Part shown: positions 28,816 to 39,729 of the stretch, piece after piece
Position numbering within the stretch: the stretch's first letter is position 1
Layout: each line of letters begins with the position of its first letter
Source of the DNA: Nitrosopumilus sp.
Lineage (GTDB): Archaea > Thermoproteota > Nitrososphaeria > Nitrososphaerales > Nitrosopumilaceae
Direction of reading: 5' to 3'
Assembly: GCA_965218785.1 (NCBI GenBank)
Contig: OZ244650.1
Span: forward strand, 1,504,001-1,568,000
Length of the DNA: 64,000 bases
Notes under the pieces: generated by a model
Seen by the model: the letters and a program-made list of their open reading frames with translations, nothing else
Databases searched by the model: none
Told to the model about the DNA's origin: nothing
Made by a program: the position numbers and the translations under genes

Positions 28816-29007
28816 TCACACGACAGTAATGAGATTTAAACGTTTGAAATTATTCCAAATTCGATCTATTTGGCCCAATCCTTCCAATCGTACTTTGATG
28901 TATTTGTGTAAAAAAATGGAAGAAATTCATCGGATTTTGGGCATTTCAGAGCAACGAAAATAAGCGTAAATTTAATAATTTCATTACCCAGGCAGTAGTA
29001 GCTACCC

Positions 29008-30159
29008 ATGCAAAAAAACATCTTCATCATGACATTGATTGTGCTGATCGGATCTGCAACGAATTTTGCATACTCAGAAGAAGTGGGTCTTGCCACATTC
29101 CAGGAAATAGCACAGATAGTTGTAGATGGGAGCATATCTCAAAACGTTACTGCATCAATTACATTGCAGAGTACCAGCATTCAAGAAATCAAGATTCCTG
29201 CAAAAGTGGAACAAAAAATCATACAAGACGGCATAGTAAAGGCCATAATTTTGACGAATCAGGGACAGTGTATTATAGGAGTCTTTGATCAGTCATGCAT
29301 TATGATAAATGTGGAGAGGAATCCCCAGGACAAAGGGGTTATCGCCATTCAAAATTCTACAAGAGTGATTGCAGAAAGATACATTGATGATATCAACAAA
29401 ACATTTGATACGAATGCCAAATTTCATTCTGTTTTTATTCACGGTGAGAATATATCAAACAAGGTACTTGAAACTTCAGGAGTAGTCTCCGGCAGGGGGA
29501 TAATTTCAGCAGTCTACACAATGCCCATGGAAGATACTGATTCAATGTATCAAAAGATTTCATCCATACTTGTTCCAAAAATAATCAGGGATGGCGGAGG
29601 GTTTTATGATGTTGCAAAGAATCTATCATTTGAAAAAAATTCAAAGATGACGTTTTCATTGATTCCGCTGGATACAAAATCATTGTTGCAATTAAAATTA
29701 TCGGTGGATTATCCAAATAAAGCCGCAACAATTTCTGAAATCAATCCATTAGAATTTCTCAAAACAGAAGAACTTAGGAGATCAGATTATTTTTCAGCAG
29801 GATTTTATCCATTAAATTCCATAATTCAGGTGGTAGTGCTATCGCCTGAAAATACAAATGTTTCAGACATACAGGGGAATACTGTTCCGACACAGATCAT
29901 AGGTAATGAGAAGGTTCCCACAGATCTTACAAAAAATGGATGGATTTTTGATCCTGACGAGGGGCAGAGAATTCAAGGCAAGTACGTTTTTGGCGAAAAA
30001 ACATCCGTAAATCAAAAAGAATTAAAATTTTCGCTGGGTGGGGAACTGCCGGTCATAGAACCTGAAATGGAATTTGATAAATCAATTCCGGTAATAGTTA
30101 TAATTACAGTCGTTGCAATAGCAGTGGCAGTATTTTATCTAAAAGGGTACAGAAAATAA
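29008..30159 (+). CDS. secreted, C-terminally anchored hypothetical protein
   Basis: signal peptide, C-terminal TM helix and basic tail. Confidence 0.85.
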   Translation: MQKNIFIMTLIVLIGSATNFAYSEEVGLATFQEIAQIVVDGSISQNVTASITLQSTSIQEIKIPAKVEQKIIQDGIVKAIILTNQGQCIIGVFDQSCIMINVERNPQDKGVIAIQNSTRVIAERYIDDINKTFDTNAKFHSVFIHGENISNKVLETSGVVSGRGIISAVYTMPMEDTDSMYQKISSILVPKIIRDGGGFYDVAKNLSFEKNSKMTFSLIPLDTKSLLQLKLSVDYPNKAATISEINPLEFLKTEELRRSDYFSAGFYPLNSIIQVVVLSPENTNVSDIQGNTVPTQIIGNEKVPTDLTKNGWIFDPDEGQRIQGKYVFGEKTSVNQKELKFSLGGELPVIEPEMEFDKSIPVIVIITVVAIAVAVFYLKGYRK

Positions 30160-30711
30160 TTAGAATATTAAAACTGCGGCGGCAAATACAGTAGTCCATT
30201 TGCCATCCTTGTCGCCTCTTGCAGACTGGGTAATATTATGAGTATTATAGATTTGACCGGAAATTGACCACTGTTGTCTTTTTTCATTCCATGCCTTGTC
30301 AACATCAAATGGAATTCCCAGGGAGGATGCAAGCATCTGGGCTGCAATATCTTCAGCATAATCACCTGCCTGAACCGCATTTTGACCAAAAGACTCGTGT
30401 TCGGACAGATAGCCGTATCTTTTCTTATCTTTTGGTTGTGCAAGGCCTACGGATGCAGCACATGCCCTGTGTGGTTCATTGGTTTGATTCCGGGAATAGA
30501 TTGTGAAAAGAATCTGTCCGGGATTGATTTGTTTAAGGCCTTCTTTTCTTGAAATTAATTTGGCATTTGGAGGAAAGATGCTCGATATCAACACAAGATT
30601 CGTTCCTGCAATTCCTGCATCTCTTAAGGCGTACTCAAAACTTGTCAGTCTGTCCTCGTGTATTCCCTTGCCTTTTGTAAGAAACAGTTTCTTGGCTACT
30701 AAATCCAGCAT
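30160..30711 (-). CDS. pdaD: pyruvoyl-dependent arginine decarboxylase
   Basis: SFEYALRDAGI, NLVLISSIFP (Ser-Ser cleavage site), YGYLSEH. Confidence 0.95.
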   Translation of the reverse strand: MLDLVAKKLFLTKGKGIHEDRLTSFEYALRDAGIAGTNLVLISSIFPPNAKLISRKEGLKQINPGQILFTIYSRNQTNEPHRACAASVGLAQPKDKKRYGYLSEHESFGQNAVQAGDYAEDIAAQMLASSLGIPFDVDKAWNEKRQQWSISGQIYNTHNITQSARGDKDGKWTTVFAAAVLIF

Positions 30712-30777
30712 TTCTGAATTGATGAAAGAAAGTCATTATTTATACTTTAATTGGCAGTGCCCGTTAGGTCCGGAGGA

Positions 30778-31017
30778 TTACCTATTGCCCTTTTTTTTCT
30801 TTCTTTTATCAGGTTCCTTTTGGATCTGTGTAAGAAAGATGAATACAAAAAATGCGCCAAGACTGATGTTTACCACACCCATAAAGGTGATAATCACAGT
30901 CATGGTAGGCGGGGCGACGACTAGACCGATTACCAGACCCATTGTACCGGTCGCAAAAAATAAAATCATTAATACTTTGACTCTAGTTGGCGCGATGTAT
31001 CTCAATAATGATATCAA
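30778..31017 (-). CDS. small membrane protein
   Basis: two TM helices and basic C-terminus. Confidence 0.8.
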   Translation of the reverse strand: MISLLRYIAPTRVKVLMILFFATGTMGLVIGLVVAPPTMTVIITFMGVVNISLGAFFVFIFLTQIQKEPDKRKKKKGNR

Positions 31018-31127
31018 AAGTAGACAATATTATAAGCTGACGGTTAGACCGGGCAGATCAGGTCAAGTTATGGCTTGCAAATAATCTTGGTAACATTTTA
31101 AACCTGAAAAATTTCATTGAATCTTGT

Positions 31128-31202
31128 GCCAATGTAGCTCAGCCTGGTTAGAGCAGCTGATTTGTAATCAGCAGGTCGTGGGTTCGGATCCCGTCATTGG
31201 CT
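31128..31202 (+). tRNA. tRNA-Thr(TGT)
   Basis: GCCAATG/CATTGGC acceptor; GCTGA-TT-TGT-AA-TCAGC anticodon arm. Confidence 0.95.
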
Positions 31203-31262
31203 CTTAATTTCTTAAAATCAGTCTAGCCACACATTTGACAATACAATTAAGTATGCTGGGAT

Positions 31263-32129
31263 TTGGAACAGATTCAGATGAGTTCTGATGATTTTGAATT
31301 AGATCAAAATATTGATGAAAAAATTGATGAAAAAATTGATGAAAATGCCGATAAAAATAATGATAAAAAAATATCTGTAAAAAAACCAATGTTTACCGGA
31401 TTGGTTATAGGACTAGTTGTAGCAGTTGGAGTTGCATCATTTTTTGCAGGATCATACACAAATCTAAACTCAAACCAGATTTCCAGTGAGGATTTGGAAA
31501 ATGCCATAGCCAGACTAGAACTTAAAATATTACAAAACCAACTGCCTACAGAACAGCCCAGACAGCCGGTAAAAGTTTCAATAGATGATGATCCTATTAT
31601 CGGAAACCCCGATGCGTTGATTACCATAATTGAATTTTCAGATTTTCAATGTCCATTCTGTGCACGATTCCACACTCAAACACTGCCATCAATTCTCGAG
31701 GAATACATAGATCAAGGTAAGGTAAAGCTGGTTTTCAGGGATTTTCCGATTCAAAGCATTCATCCAAATGCGTTACCTGCATCAGTTGCAGCAGAATGTG
31801 CAGATGAACAAAACAAATTCAGAGAAATGCACGACATATTATTTGAGAAGCAAAACGAATGGAGCAGGCAGGAAACTACGGATGCAATATCTTTGTTTAG
31901 TCAATATGCTTCTGAAATTGAGTTGGAACAAGACGCATTTGCATCCTGTCTTAACGATGTGAGGCAGGTTGATGAAATAAGAAAGGATCTTGATGATGGA
32001 AGAAACTACGGAGTTGAAGGAACGCCCGGATTCTTCATAGGAAGTGATGAAATAGGATATGTGGAGATAAAAGGAGCCCAGCCATTTGAAAGCTTCAAAA
32101 AAATCATTGATGCCCAACTAGACGCATGA
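31263..32129 (+). CDS. DsbA-family thiol-disulfide oxidoreductase
   Basis: EFSDFQCPFC, FRDFP, GVEGTPGF, GAQP; N-terminal TM; short DEKI repeat. Confidence 0.93.
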   Translation: MEQIQMSSDDFELDQNIDEKIDEKIDENADKNNDKKISVKKPMFTGLVIGLVVAVGVASFFAGSYTNLNSNQISSEDLENAIARLELKILQNQLPTEQPRQPVKVSIDDDPIIGNPDALITIIEFSDFQCPFCARFHTQTLPSILEEYIDQGKVKLVFRDFPIQSIHPNALPASVAAECADEQNKFREMHDILFEKQNEWSRQETTDAISLFSQYASEIELEQDAFASCLNDVRQVDEIRKDLDDGRNYGVEGTPGFFIGSDEIGYVEIKGAQPFESFKKIIDAQLDA

Positions 32130-32302
32130 AAATAAGTGATACATCCTCACATCAGTTTGGATATCTGATCTTCGATTCTCAGCCCCATCTTCGGGCATGA
32201 AAATAACAAGCGTTTATTAGACCTAAATCAAGACAGCGAATATCGGAATAATGACGAGTAGGCAATGAGCTTTTTCGTCATTGCTTAAGAGAAAAAAATA
32301 AA

Positions 32303-33631
32303 ATGACAAAGTTTAATGAATTAGGACTAAGTGAGGAGATACTAAAAGGAATTCGTGATCTTGGATATGAAGATACATTTCCAATACAAGAGGCAGTTAT
32401 TCCGGTACTACTAACAGGAAGAGACGTGGTCGGACAGGCACACACAGGTTCTGGCAAGACTGCGGCATTTGCATTATCAATGTTGGAAAAGATTCAGCCA
32501 AAAAATGGAATTCAGGGGCTTATCATGGCCCCCACAAGAGAACTTGCAATGCAGATTACTGATGAGATAAAGAAATTTGGAAAATATACTAAAATCAGAG
32601 TGGCAACCGTTTATGGAGGACAGGGAATGGGACTGCAGTTAGATGCCCTAGATAGAGGAGTGGAAATTGTTGTAGCAACGCCGGGCAGACTAATAGATCA
32701 TCTCAAAAGAGGTTCGATAGAGCTTAGAGACATCACACACATTGTTCTAGATGAGGCAGACACAATGTTGGATATGGGATTTGTTGATGATATTTCATTT
32801 ATTTTAGATCTGGCACCAGAAGAAAGAGTGATGTCATTGTTTTCAGCAACAATGCCGACTGAAATTCTTAGACTCTCTGAAGAATATCTGAATAATCCAA
32901 AACAGTTCCTGCTAGATGCAGATGACCTCAGTGGAGAGGGGATTGATCAGGCATATTTAGTAATTAAAGACAGGGACAAATCCAAGTATCTAATTGATTT
33001 TGTCAAACCAATTAAAGGTCAATGTATTGTATTTTGTTCAACAAAATACAGAACCCGGGATGTGGCAAAATTCCTACATCAAGAGAAATTTAATGCAGTT
33101 GCAATCGAGGGGGACATGTCACAGCATAGAAGGGAACAATCAATGGGAAAATTCAGAAGTGGAAAAGCCGACATTCTTGTCGCAACAGACGTAGCCTCAA
33201 GAGGCATAGATGTTCCACGGGTAGAGTTGGTGATAAACTATGATGTTCCAAATCAGGAATTGGCATATTTCCATAGAATTGGAAGAACGGCCAGAGCAGG
33301 TGCAGAGGGCAAGGCAATTACATTTGTTTCATATTCATCTGTGGGAGACTGGAATATCATTAAACGTCAAATCAAGGTTCCTCTAAAAGACTTGAATCAG
33401 GAAATGGGAATTGAGATTTCAATTCCAGACCCCCTAAAAAGACAAGTCCCATCAAGAAGATACGGTGGGCAGTCAAGATCCAATTACTCCAGAGGAGGAT
33501 CTGGAAGAAACTACAGAGGTGGGGATTCTAGAGGCGGAGATTCCAGAGGTGGGGATTCCAGAGGCGGTGGTAGAAGAAGATTCAACGACAAAGGCGGCAG
33601 AAACAGCTACGGCGGCCGTAGTAAATGGTAA
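32303..33631 (+). CDS. DEAD-box RNA helicase with RGG tail
   Basis: AHTGSGKT, PTRELA, TPGRL, DEAD, SAT, HRIGRTAR; (RGGDS)x3. Confidence 0.97.
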   Translation: MTKFNELGLSEEILKGIRDLGYEDTFPIQEAVIPVLLTGRDVVGQAHTGSGKTAAFALSMLEKIQPKNGIQGLIMAPTRELAMQITDEIKKFGKYTKIRVATVYGGQGMGLQLDALDRGVEIVVATPGRLIDHLKRGSIELRDITHIVLDEADTMLDMGFVDDISFILDLAPEERVMSLFSATMPTEILRLSEEYLNNPKQFLLDADDLSGEGIDQAYLVIKDRDKSKYLIDFVKPIKGQCIVFCSTKYRTRDVAKFLHQEKFNAVAIEGDMSQHRREQSMGKFRSGKADILVATDVASRGIDVPRVELVINYDVPNQELAYFHRIGRTARAGAEGKAITFVSYSSVGDWNIIKRQIKVPLKDLNQEMGIEISIPDPLKRQVPSRRYGGQSRSNYSRGGSGRNYRGGDSRGGDSRGGDSRGGGRRRFNDKGGRNSYGGRSKW

Positions 33632-33676
33632 TGACTGTAAAACTTAAAGGCTTGAACGACATAATTAATACAAGTA

Positions 33677-33910
33677 ATGCACAGAGGCTTCATTTTATTA
33701 AATTGTGATCTTGGCGCGGAAGAATACATCGTAGATGAGCTAAAACAGTTAGAGAAAGTCAGTAACGCATATCTTACTTTTGGAGCATATGATGTGATTG
33801 GAGAAATTCAAACAAAGGATCAAGAGGAATTTGAAAAGACAGTCGCAGTGATAAGAAAACTCTCCAGAGTGGTCAGTACGATGACACTAAATGTGATTGG
33901 TCCCAAATAG
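33677..33910 (+). CDS. Lrp/AsnC ligand-binding-domain protein
   Basis: stand-alone RAM domain: TFGAYDVI, IRKL-V-STMTL. Confidence 0.9.
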   Translation: MHRGFILLNCDLGAEEYIVDELKQLEKVSNAYLTFGAYDVIGEIQTKDQEEFEKTVAVIRKLSRVVSTMTLNVIGPK

Positions 33911-34165
33911 TTGTTAGGGATGTTTTTATTATTTTGACCAGGAGGGGTGATTGTGACCCCCATGTGAGGAAATCTTCCCAGAACAGATAGATAGCATCAA
34001 AGCAGTGCACAGGAAAAAAGCAAACAAAAACACCGGATCTTTTCTGTGGCATGTTTGCAGGTTCTGACACACACACACAAGGAATCAATCAGTTTCTTCC
34101 TAATAGAAATAACCAAAATCGCCTCTCGAATAATTGTTATAGGAGTTAATTGGGATCATTTCAAA

Positions 34166-34456
34166 TTGCAGAAAATAGAGTACGAGGGAACAGTATGGGT
34201 GCTAAATTACAACAATCCCCAGCCATTACTAGATCATGCGCTTCACATGCTAGAAAGACACGGAGTCAAACGAGAAGATATGGAGGTAACAGAAATACCA
34301 AAGGTAAAAGTTGGTGCGATAGTAATAGAAATTTGGCCATACGAGCTAGTTGTAGCTAGAGTCAGAACGACTCGTAATGAATCATTTATCAGCGGTACTG
34401 AATTTACAATTGAATTAAAATTAGACGAAAACGGGGATTACATAGATTATCTTTGA
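34166..34456 (+). CDS. hypothetical protein (probable TTG start 34166)
   Basis: MQKIEYEGTVW... ; stop overlaps the next gene start. Confidence 0.7.
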   Translation: MQKIEYEGTVWVLNYNNPQPLLDHALHMLERHGVKREDMEVTEIPKVKVGAIVIEIWPYELVVARVRTTRNESFISGTEFTIELKLDENGDYIDYL

Positions 34457-35142
34457 AAAAAAATAAGATTCAAAACATCGTAATTACCGCAGTTGCCATA
34501 AGTATTATTGGCGCAATTGCATCATACAATTATTCAGTCGAACAAACCAAGCAAAAAGGTCTTCAGTTTGGAATAGAATTAGAAAAGATTCAAGAAGAGA
34601 TCAAAGAATTGCAAACAAAATTCTATTCTGAGAAAACCAGTTGGGAGGAAGGGGATATTTCAAAAGAACAGCTCTTGGAATTTTATCAAGTACATTTGGA
34701 GGAATTTAATGAAACAATTTCCAGATATGACGAGTTAGAACCCCCAGAGTTATTTGAAAGTTCAGTAAGATTGTTAAAGTTTTCATCCCAGACACAGTTG
34801 GAAAGCGACTCAGAGTTCATTGAATGGATGAAGACAGGAGACGAGTCAGCAAAAATAAGATCAGACAGCCAACTTCAAGAGTCTCTGGAATATGAAATGC
34901 AGGGATTAGTTGATTTTTATTCAGCAAAAACAGGTGTAAAAAATTATGACGAGCGGGAAAAGTTTTCTGCCCCACAAAGTGATTTGACACAAAGGGTCAT
35001 CAAAGTATCAGAGGATATGAAAAGCAAGTGTGAGAAGGAATTCAGAAACGAATCAGGGGAGTTTGATTCGGACGAAACAGAAAGGGACTGGTTTAACTGC
35101 ATTAATGAGGCTCAAAAATGGAAGATGGATCATCTTCCATAA
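34453..35142 (+). CDS. membrane-anchored helical hypothetical protein
   Basis: N-terminal TM helix followed by coiled coil. Confidence 0.8.
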   Translation: MKKNKIQNIVITAVAISIIGAIASYNYSVEQTKQKGLQFGIELEKIQEEIKELQTKFYSEKTSWEEGDISKEQLLEFYQVHLEEFNETISRYDELEPPELFESSVRLLKFSSQTQLESDSEFIEWMKTGDESAKIRSDSQLQESLEYEMQGLVDFYSAKTGVKNYDEREKFSAPQSDLTQRVIKVSEDMKSKCEKEFRNESGEFDSDETERDWFNCINEAQKWKMDHLP

Positions 35143-35191
35143 TTGCAAATTTTGACATAAACTTCTTTAAAGAATATAACTCAACTCAATT

Positions 35192-35950
35192 ATGGAAAAA
35201 TTTTCTGCCATTGCAGTTATTCTCATTGGATTTGTGCCAATGGCATTTGGAGATGTATTGATACAAAATGATCGACAGTATGTAGGAGATGACGGGGTAT
35301 ACCATGTTGTTGGCGAAATTAAAAACAACTTAAAGGCCCCATTAAATCAAATCAGAATTCAGATAACCATGTTTGATGAAAATCAGAATCCGATTGTAAC
35401 TAAAGAGACCAACTCTCTAGTAAACACAGTCATGCCTGGAATGAAGACCCCGTTTGATCTTGTTTTGACAGATAACGTAGGAAATATTGAATCATATTCA
35501 TTGAAATTAGATTACAAGATCAGTCCTCCAAAAAATCAAGTCATAGACATCACAGAATCAGAATTATCCAGAGATAATCACAGTAATTTGATAATAACTG
35601 GAACTGTCACAAACAAAGGGGACATCACTGCCAACACCGTAGCGATAATTGCAACACTTTATGACAAGAAAGGAGACGTCGCAGCCGTATCCAGGGTTCA
35701 TCCGGAACCGGATTATCTAAGGGTTGGAGATTACGCGTTTTTTTTAGTGGTGATTTCGGACAAAATTCAGACAGCAGGCATTGATGACTATACATTAATT
35801 GCAGAATCAGAGGAATATGCGGCTGTTCCGGAATTTCCAATAGATACAACGCTTGTTTTGCTGGTAGGTACCCTGACTGTATATATCGGAATTACAAAAT
35901 ATTCAGGCAGAATCATAACAAACCTAATCTCTGCAACAAATCCAAAGTAG
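35192..35950 (+). CDS. FxLYD-domain secreted protein with PEF-type C-terminal anchor
   Basis: HVVGEIKN, ITGTVTN, IATLYD, VPEFP plus TM. Confidence 0.85.
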   Translation: MEKFSAIAVILIGFVPMAFGDVLIQNDRQYVGDDGVYHVVGEIKNNLKAPLNQIRIQITMFDENQNPIVTKETNSLVNTVMPGMKTPFDLVLTDNVGNIESYSLKLDYKISPPKNQVIDITESELSRDNHSNLIITGTVTNKGDITANTVAIIATLYDKKGDVAAVSRVHPEPDYLRVGDYAFFLVVISDKIQTAGIDDYTLIAESEEYAAVPEFPIDTTLVLLVGTLTVYIGITKYSGRIITNLISATNPK

Positions 35951-36374
35951 GAAAAAGCTCTTCAATTAATTCTGTTTTTTCAAGGGGGGTGGGTTTTGAA
36001 AATTTTACCTGAAAAGTAATTGTCAGCATATCTTGATCAGTGTGAGATATTCTAACAGAGTGGGCGTGATGATCAGTCTGTAACAAGAATCTTTTCCATT
36101 TTTCAATATGTTCTGTTACACGGACGAGGTTTTTTTCTACTTCAGAAATACTGGTATTCAAATCAGTATCAAACAATCTAAATTTGACAAGGGGGATCAT
36201 GACTAGTCCGCCTGGAATTTTATCATGATTTTTCAGCATTAATGAGGTAATTTCTTCACAGTTTTCTTTGGAATGAATATCACCATAATCAGGATCAAAA
36301 TATCCTGCAATCATTTTTTTAGAGTCAAATATACGAAAAAAGTCTTCATCAGATTCTAATTTCCACAATACCAT
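35913..36374 (-). CDS. hypothetical protein
   Basis: 153-aa ORF. Confidence 0.75.
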   Translation of the reverse strand: MVLWKLESDEDFFRIFDSKKMIAGYFDPDYGDIHSKENCEEITSLMLKNHDKIPGGLVMIPLVKFRLFDTDLNTSISEVEKNLVRVTEHIEKWKRFLLQTDHHAHSVRISHTDQDMLTITFQVKFSKPTPLEKTELIEELFPTLDLLQRLGLL

Positions 36375-36495
36375 GAAAACAGTTTATGGATAAATAAACT
36401 ATTAATCAGAGGCACACCCAATAAAATCGCCTCACATAGGTACCAGCTGTTTTTAATCAATGACAATTAAATAAACTAGGAAATAGAGAAAAGAT

Positions 36496-36807
36496 ATGGC
36501 AATTTCCAAAGAGAATAAAGACTTTATCGATAGCTTAATCGAGTATTATATTAGCGAATCAGAGTCATACAAACAAATCGCGGCAAACTTTGTGCCAGAA
36601 GTGGAATCTGTTCCAGACACGGCATTTGGGATTATTACCGGATGTGTCTACTCGGGATTTTTACAGGCATACCAGAATCAACAACAAACCCCAAGTTTGG
36701 AGGACGTGGGTGAATTTAACGAGATGATAAAAGAGAGTGCCGCCAGAATCAAAAAATCAATACTAGGGCCTGCCAATATGCAAAAAGAATCAGACAAGTC
36801 CGGATAA
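36496..36807 (+). CDS. conserved hypothetical protein
   Basis: 103-aa ORF, DTAFGIITGCVY. Confidence 0.8.
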   Translation: MAISKENKDFIDSLIEYYISESESYKQIAANFVPEVESVPDTAFGIITGCVYSGFLQAYQNQQQTPSLEDVGEFNEMIKESAARIKKSILGPANMQKESDKSG

Positions 36808-36910
36808 GGCGGTTGAATTTTCTATTAAAATACGCATAGAAATTGTATGAGTACGAGTGATAAATGGGGAATCAGTTACAGTTTAATGGCATTTGCCAGA
36901 AATAACAGAC

Positions 36911-37003
36911 ATGGGTGTGGATGGCAGTAAAATCATATTTGTTTTAGGAGTAGCTTCTGCAGTAGTGACTGCCGTAGTTGCATTATATTTCTCAATCAAG
37001 TAA
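36911..37003 (+). CDS. 30-aa single-pass membrane microprotein (absent from ORF track)
   Basis: MGVDGSKIIFVLGVASAVVTAVVALYFSIK; TTTAAT element upstream. Confidence 0.6.
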   Translation: MGVDGSKIIFVLGVASAVVTAVVALYFSIK

Positions 37004-37036
37004 AAAGATAAATCATCAGGCAGATCTTACAAATCA

Positions 37037-37357
37037 TTGTCAGATGTAAATGAGTTTAAAATTACACAGATTGTAGATAACGGTAAAATAATCCAATTGA
37101 GCCTGATTGAAAATGTTTCAACTGAGCCTATTTCTCAAAAACAGATGATCATAGAAAATGTTGCAAAAAAATTAGATTCTGATACCAAGGAACAGGTAAT
37201 GCCGTTATTAGAGGCGATATTGCAGGCCCAGCCAACTGTAAATATCAAAACGTACCAGCAGACACAAATCACCATAGCAATGCCAAAATCAAGATATGAA
37301 GGCATGGGAAGACCCCTAGTCGGCAGTATAATCGAGATAGATTTGAAAAAAATCTAA
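37037..37357 (+). CDS. hypothetical protein
   Basis: 106-aa ORF. Confidence 0.75.
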   Translation: MSDVNEFKITQIVDNGKIIQLSLIENVSTEPISQKQMIIENVAKKLDSDTKEQVMPLLEAILQAQPTVNIKTYQQTQITIAMPKSRYEGMGRPLVGSIIEIDLKKI

Positions 37358-39381
37358 AGATGCGAGTTTATCTCATCGATGGTGTGTAGTGGTAACGAAC
37401 ACGAAAAGTTCTTGCAGACAAAAACCGTTGTCTTGTCTTCAAAAAGTTTTCCAGCAAAAAAAGGATACCTGGATAGATTTTTCAATTGATTGGAATTTTG
37501 AATTGTAGTCAAAAAGGAATTGGGAAGATAATCTGTCAAAAGGGATTTACAAATCTCAGAGTTTTCTGTGTTGATTACGGTGATTTCCACAGGTTTTTGC
37601 AAATAGATGGAAATGGTATTCAGCAAATAACCAAATCCGAAGGGGTTTTCCGCTGCCATTTGGGCCTGGGACTCTATTATTTTTGTAGTTACTGCAAGAA
37701 AGTTCTGTTCTTGTGACATGTGATATAATCTAAGCAGCACAGAGGCAGAAACAGAGTTTCCAGAAGGCAGGGACAGGTCATAGTTGTTTTTTGGACGGAT
37801 AATTAGTTTTTCATGATCATCGGATGTCATAAAAAAGCTGGCATTCTCAGGATCCCAAAAGTGATCTATCATATAATTTCCCAGTTTCAGGGAGAGTTCG
37901 AGATATTTTGACTCGGGCTCAATCTCAAATACGTCAAGCAACGCATTTACGAAATAAGAATAATCATCAAGATAGCCATCGATTTTCGCAGTTCCGTTTT
38001 TGTAGGTTCGCAATAACTTTCCATCCACAAAAAGATTGTTTTCTATAAAATCAATACAGTTTTTTGCAGCATCAAGATACTTTTTCTCATTTGTTACGCG
38101 ATAACCCTTTGCAAATGCTGTAATCATCAAGGAATTCCATGAGACTAAAATCTTGTCATCCAATCCGGGCGGGATTCTTGTTGAGCGAATCTTTAATAGT
38201 TTTTCAGAGCAGGATTGTAAAACCTCCCTGACCCTCTCTTCTGAAATTCCAAAATTAAAAGCGACTGCAGAGATATTTAGGTTGTTACACAAAATATTGT
38301 CTCCCTCCCAGTTCCCCCCATCAGTAACATCATAGTAAAGACAGAACAGATCAGCATCACTGCCTAGAATTTCCCTGATTTGACTTTTTTTCCAAACATA
38401 GAATTTTCCTTCCACCCCCTCAGAATCGGCATCATATGCAGAATAGAATCCTCCCTCAGGAGACGTCATTTCACGTAAGACAAAATCAAGCGTCTTTTGC
38501 AACACCTCAAGATAAAAGGGATCCTTTGTTATTTGATATGCCTCCACATAATTTACAGGAATCAGTGCGTTGTCATAGAGCATCTTTTCAAAATGTGGAA
38601 CCAGCCATTTTGCATCAGTGGAATATCTATGAAAGCCGCCTCCAATCTGATCAAATATTCCGCCCTTTGCCATCTTATTGAGGGTCTTGAGTGCAAATTC
38701 ATTGAATTTAGAGAGTCCCGAGAGTTTTGCATAACGGAACAAGAAAGAGACATTTGCAGCATTTGGAAATTTTGGTGCAGAGCCAAATCCGCCAAAAGTT
38801 GAATCGCCTAATTGAAACAAATTCATGGCGGCCTCATCAAGAATTGTTCCATCCAATTTTGATAGGGTTCTTGCAGATTCTGTCTTTTGTAAAGTGCTAA
38901 GAAAGTTCTCAGAGGATTTTATGACATCTTTTGGCTTTTCCTTCCATGCCTGTGATAGTTGCCTGCAAATGCTTCCAAAACCAGGACGTCCATAAGAATC
39001 CAGTACAGGAAAATAAGTTCCAACATAGAACGGTTTTTGATCCGGAGTAAGAAAGATACTCAGGGGCCAGCCACCCTGACCAGTTGCAATCTGGCAGACT
39101 TTTTGATAGATGTCATCAATGTCAGGTCTTTCCTCCCTGTCTACTTTGATATTTACAAAATTCTCATTCATAAATTTGGCAACTTCGTCATTCTCAAAGG
39201 ATTCGTGTGCCATAACATGACACCAGTGACAGGCACTGTATCCGATACTTAGGAAAATCGGTTTGTTCTCATCCCTGGCTTTTTTTAATGCCTCATCATT
39301 CCAGGCATACCACTTTACAGGATTATGTGCATGCTGGAGCAGATACGGACTTGTTTCATTAATGAGGTTGTTTTCTGCCAC
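37354..39381 (-). CDS. YyaL/SSP411-family thioredoxin-domain protein
   Basis: [46 protein letters not shown]. Confidence 0.96.
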   Translation of the reverse strand: MAENNLINETSPYLLQHAHNPVKWYAWNDEALKKARDENKPIFLSIGYSACHWCHVMAHESFENDEVAKFMNENFVNIKVDREERPDIDDIYQKVCQIATGQGGWPLSIFLTPDQKPFYVGTYFPVLDSYGRPGFGSICRQLSQAWKEKPKDVIKSSENFLSTLQKTESARTLSKLDGTILDEAAMNLFQLGDSTFGGFGSAPKFPNAANVSFLFRYAKLSGLSKFNEFALKTLNKMAKGGIFDQIGGGFHRYSTDAKWLVPHFEKMLYDNALIPVNYVEAYQITKDPFYLEVLQKTLDFVLREMTSPEGGFYSAYDADSEGVEGKFYVWKKSQIREILGSDADLFCLYYDVTDGGNWEGDNILCNNLNISAVAFNFGISEERVREVLQSCSEKLLKIRSTRIPPGLDDKILVSWNSLMITAFAKGYRVTNEKKYLDAAKNCIDFIENNLFVDGKLLRTYKNGTAKIDGYLDDYSYFVNALLDVFEIEPESKYLELSLKLGNYMIDHFWDPENASFFMTSDDHEKLIIRPKNNYDLSLPSGNSVSASVLLRLYHMSQEQNFLAVTTKIIESQAQMAAENPFGFGYLLNTISIYLQKPVEITVINTENSEICKSLLTDYLPNSFLTTIQNSNQLKNLSRYPFFAGKLFEDKTTVFVCKNFSCSLPLHTIDEINSHL

Positions 39382-39422
39382 GATTGATCAGATTCCTTAG
39401 AATATTTGTACTTTTGAACCGA

Positions 39423-39656
39423 TTAGCCCCAGATTCCCCTTCCTTCGGTTAATTCATAGATTCTAACATTGATTTTTCTAAGCAGTTTTACCTTTGATTT
39501 ATGGGCCTTTTTGTCATGATTATAGTCCTTTTTTTCAACTAATTCTTCTAATCTCTTTAGCTGCTCCAAAGATAGATTTTTGAATTCATTTTTGGAGCTT
39601 GAAACAAGTTGTAGTAGTTTTATCCTTTCACGATCCTCACCAGAAATCTTGTCCAT
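39423..39656 (-). CDS. hypothetical protein
   Basis: basic small ORF ending EGRGIWG. Confidence 0.75.
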   Translation of the reverse strand: MDKISGEDRERIKLLQLVSSSKNEFKNLSLEQLKRLEELVEKKDYNHDKKAHKSKVKLLRKINVRIYELTEGRGIWG

Positions 39657-39729
39657 GAAATACATGGAAAACACTCCCTTATTTTTCTAATGAGCGAATC
39701 TTAAAATTCCGTGGTTAATTTGGGGTATT

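Noticed and set aside
33514-33570. 15-bp RGGDS repeats, plus poly-Glu (about 52315-52335) and DEKI repeats (about 31310-31345)
   Set aside because: Ordinary low-complexity tails or linkers within known proteins.
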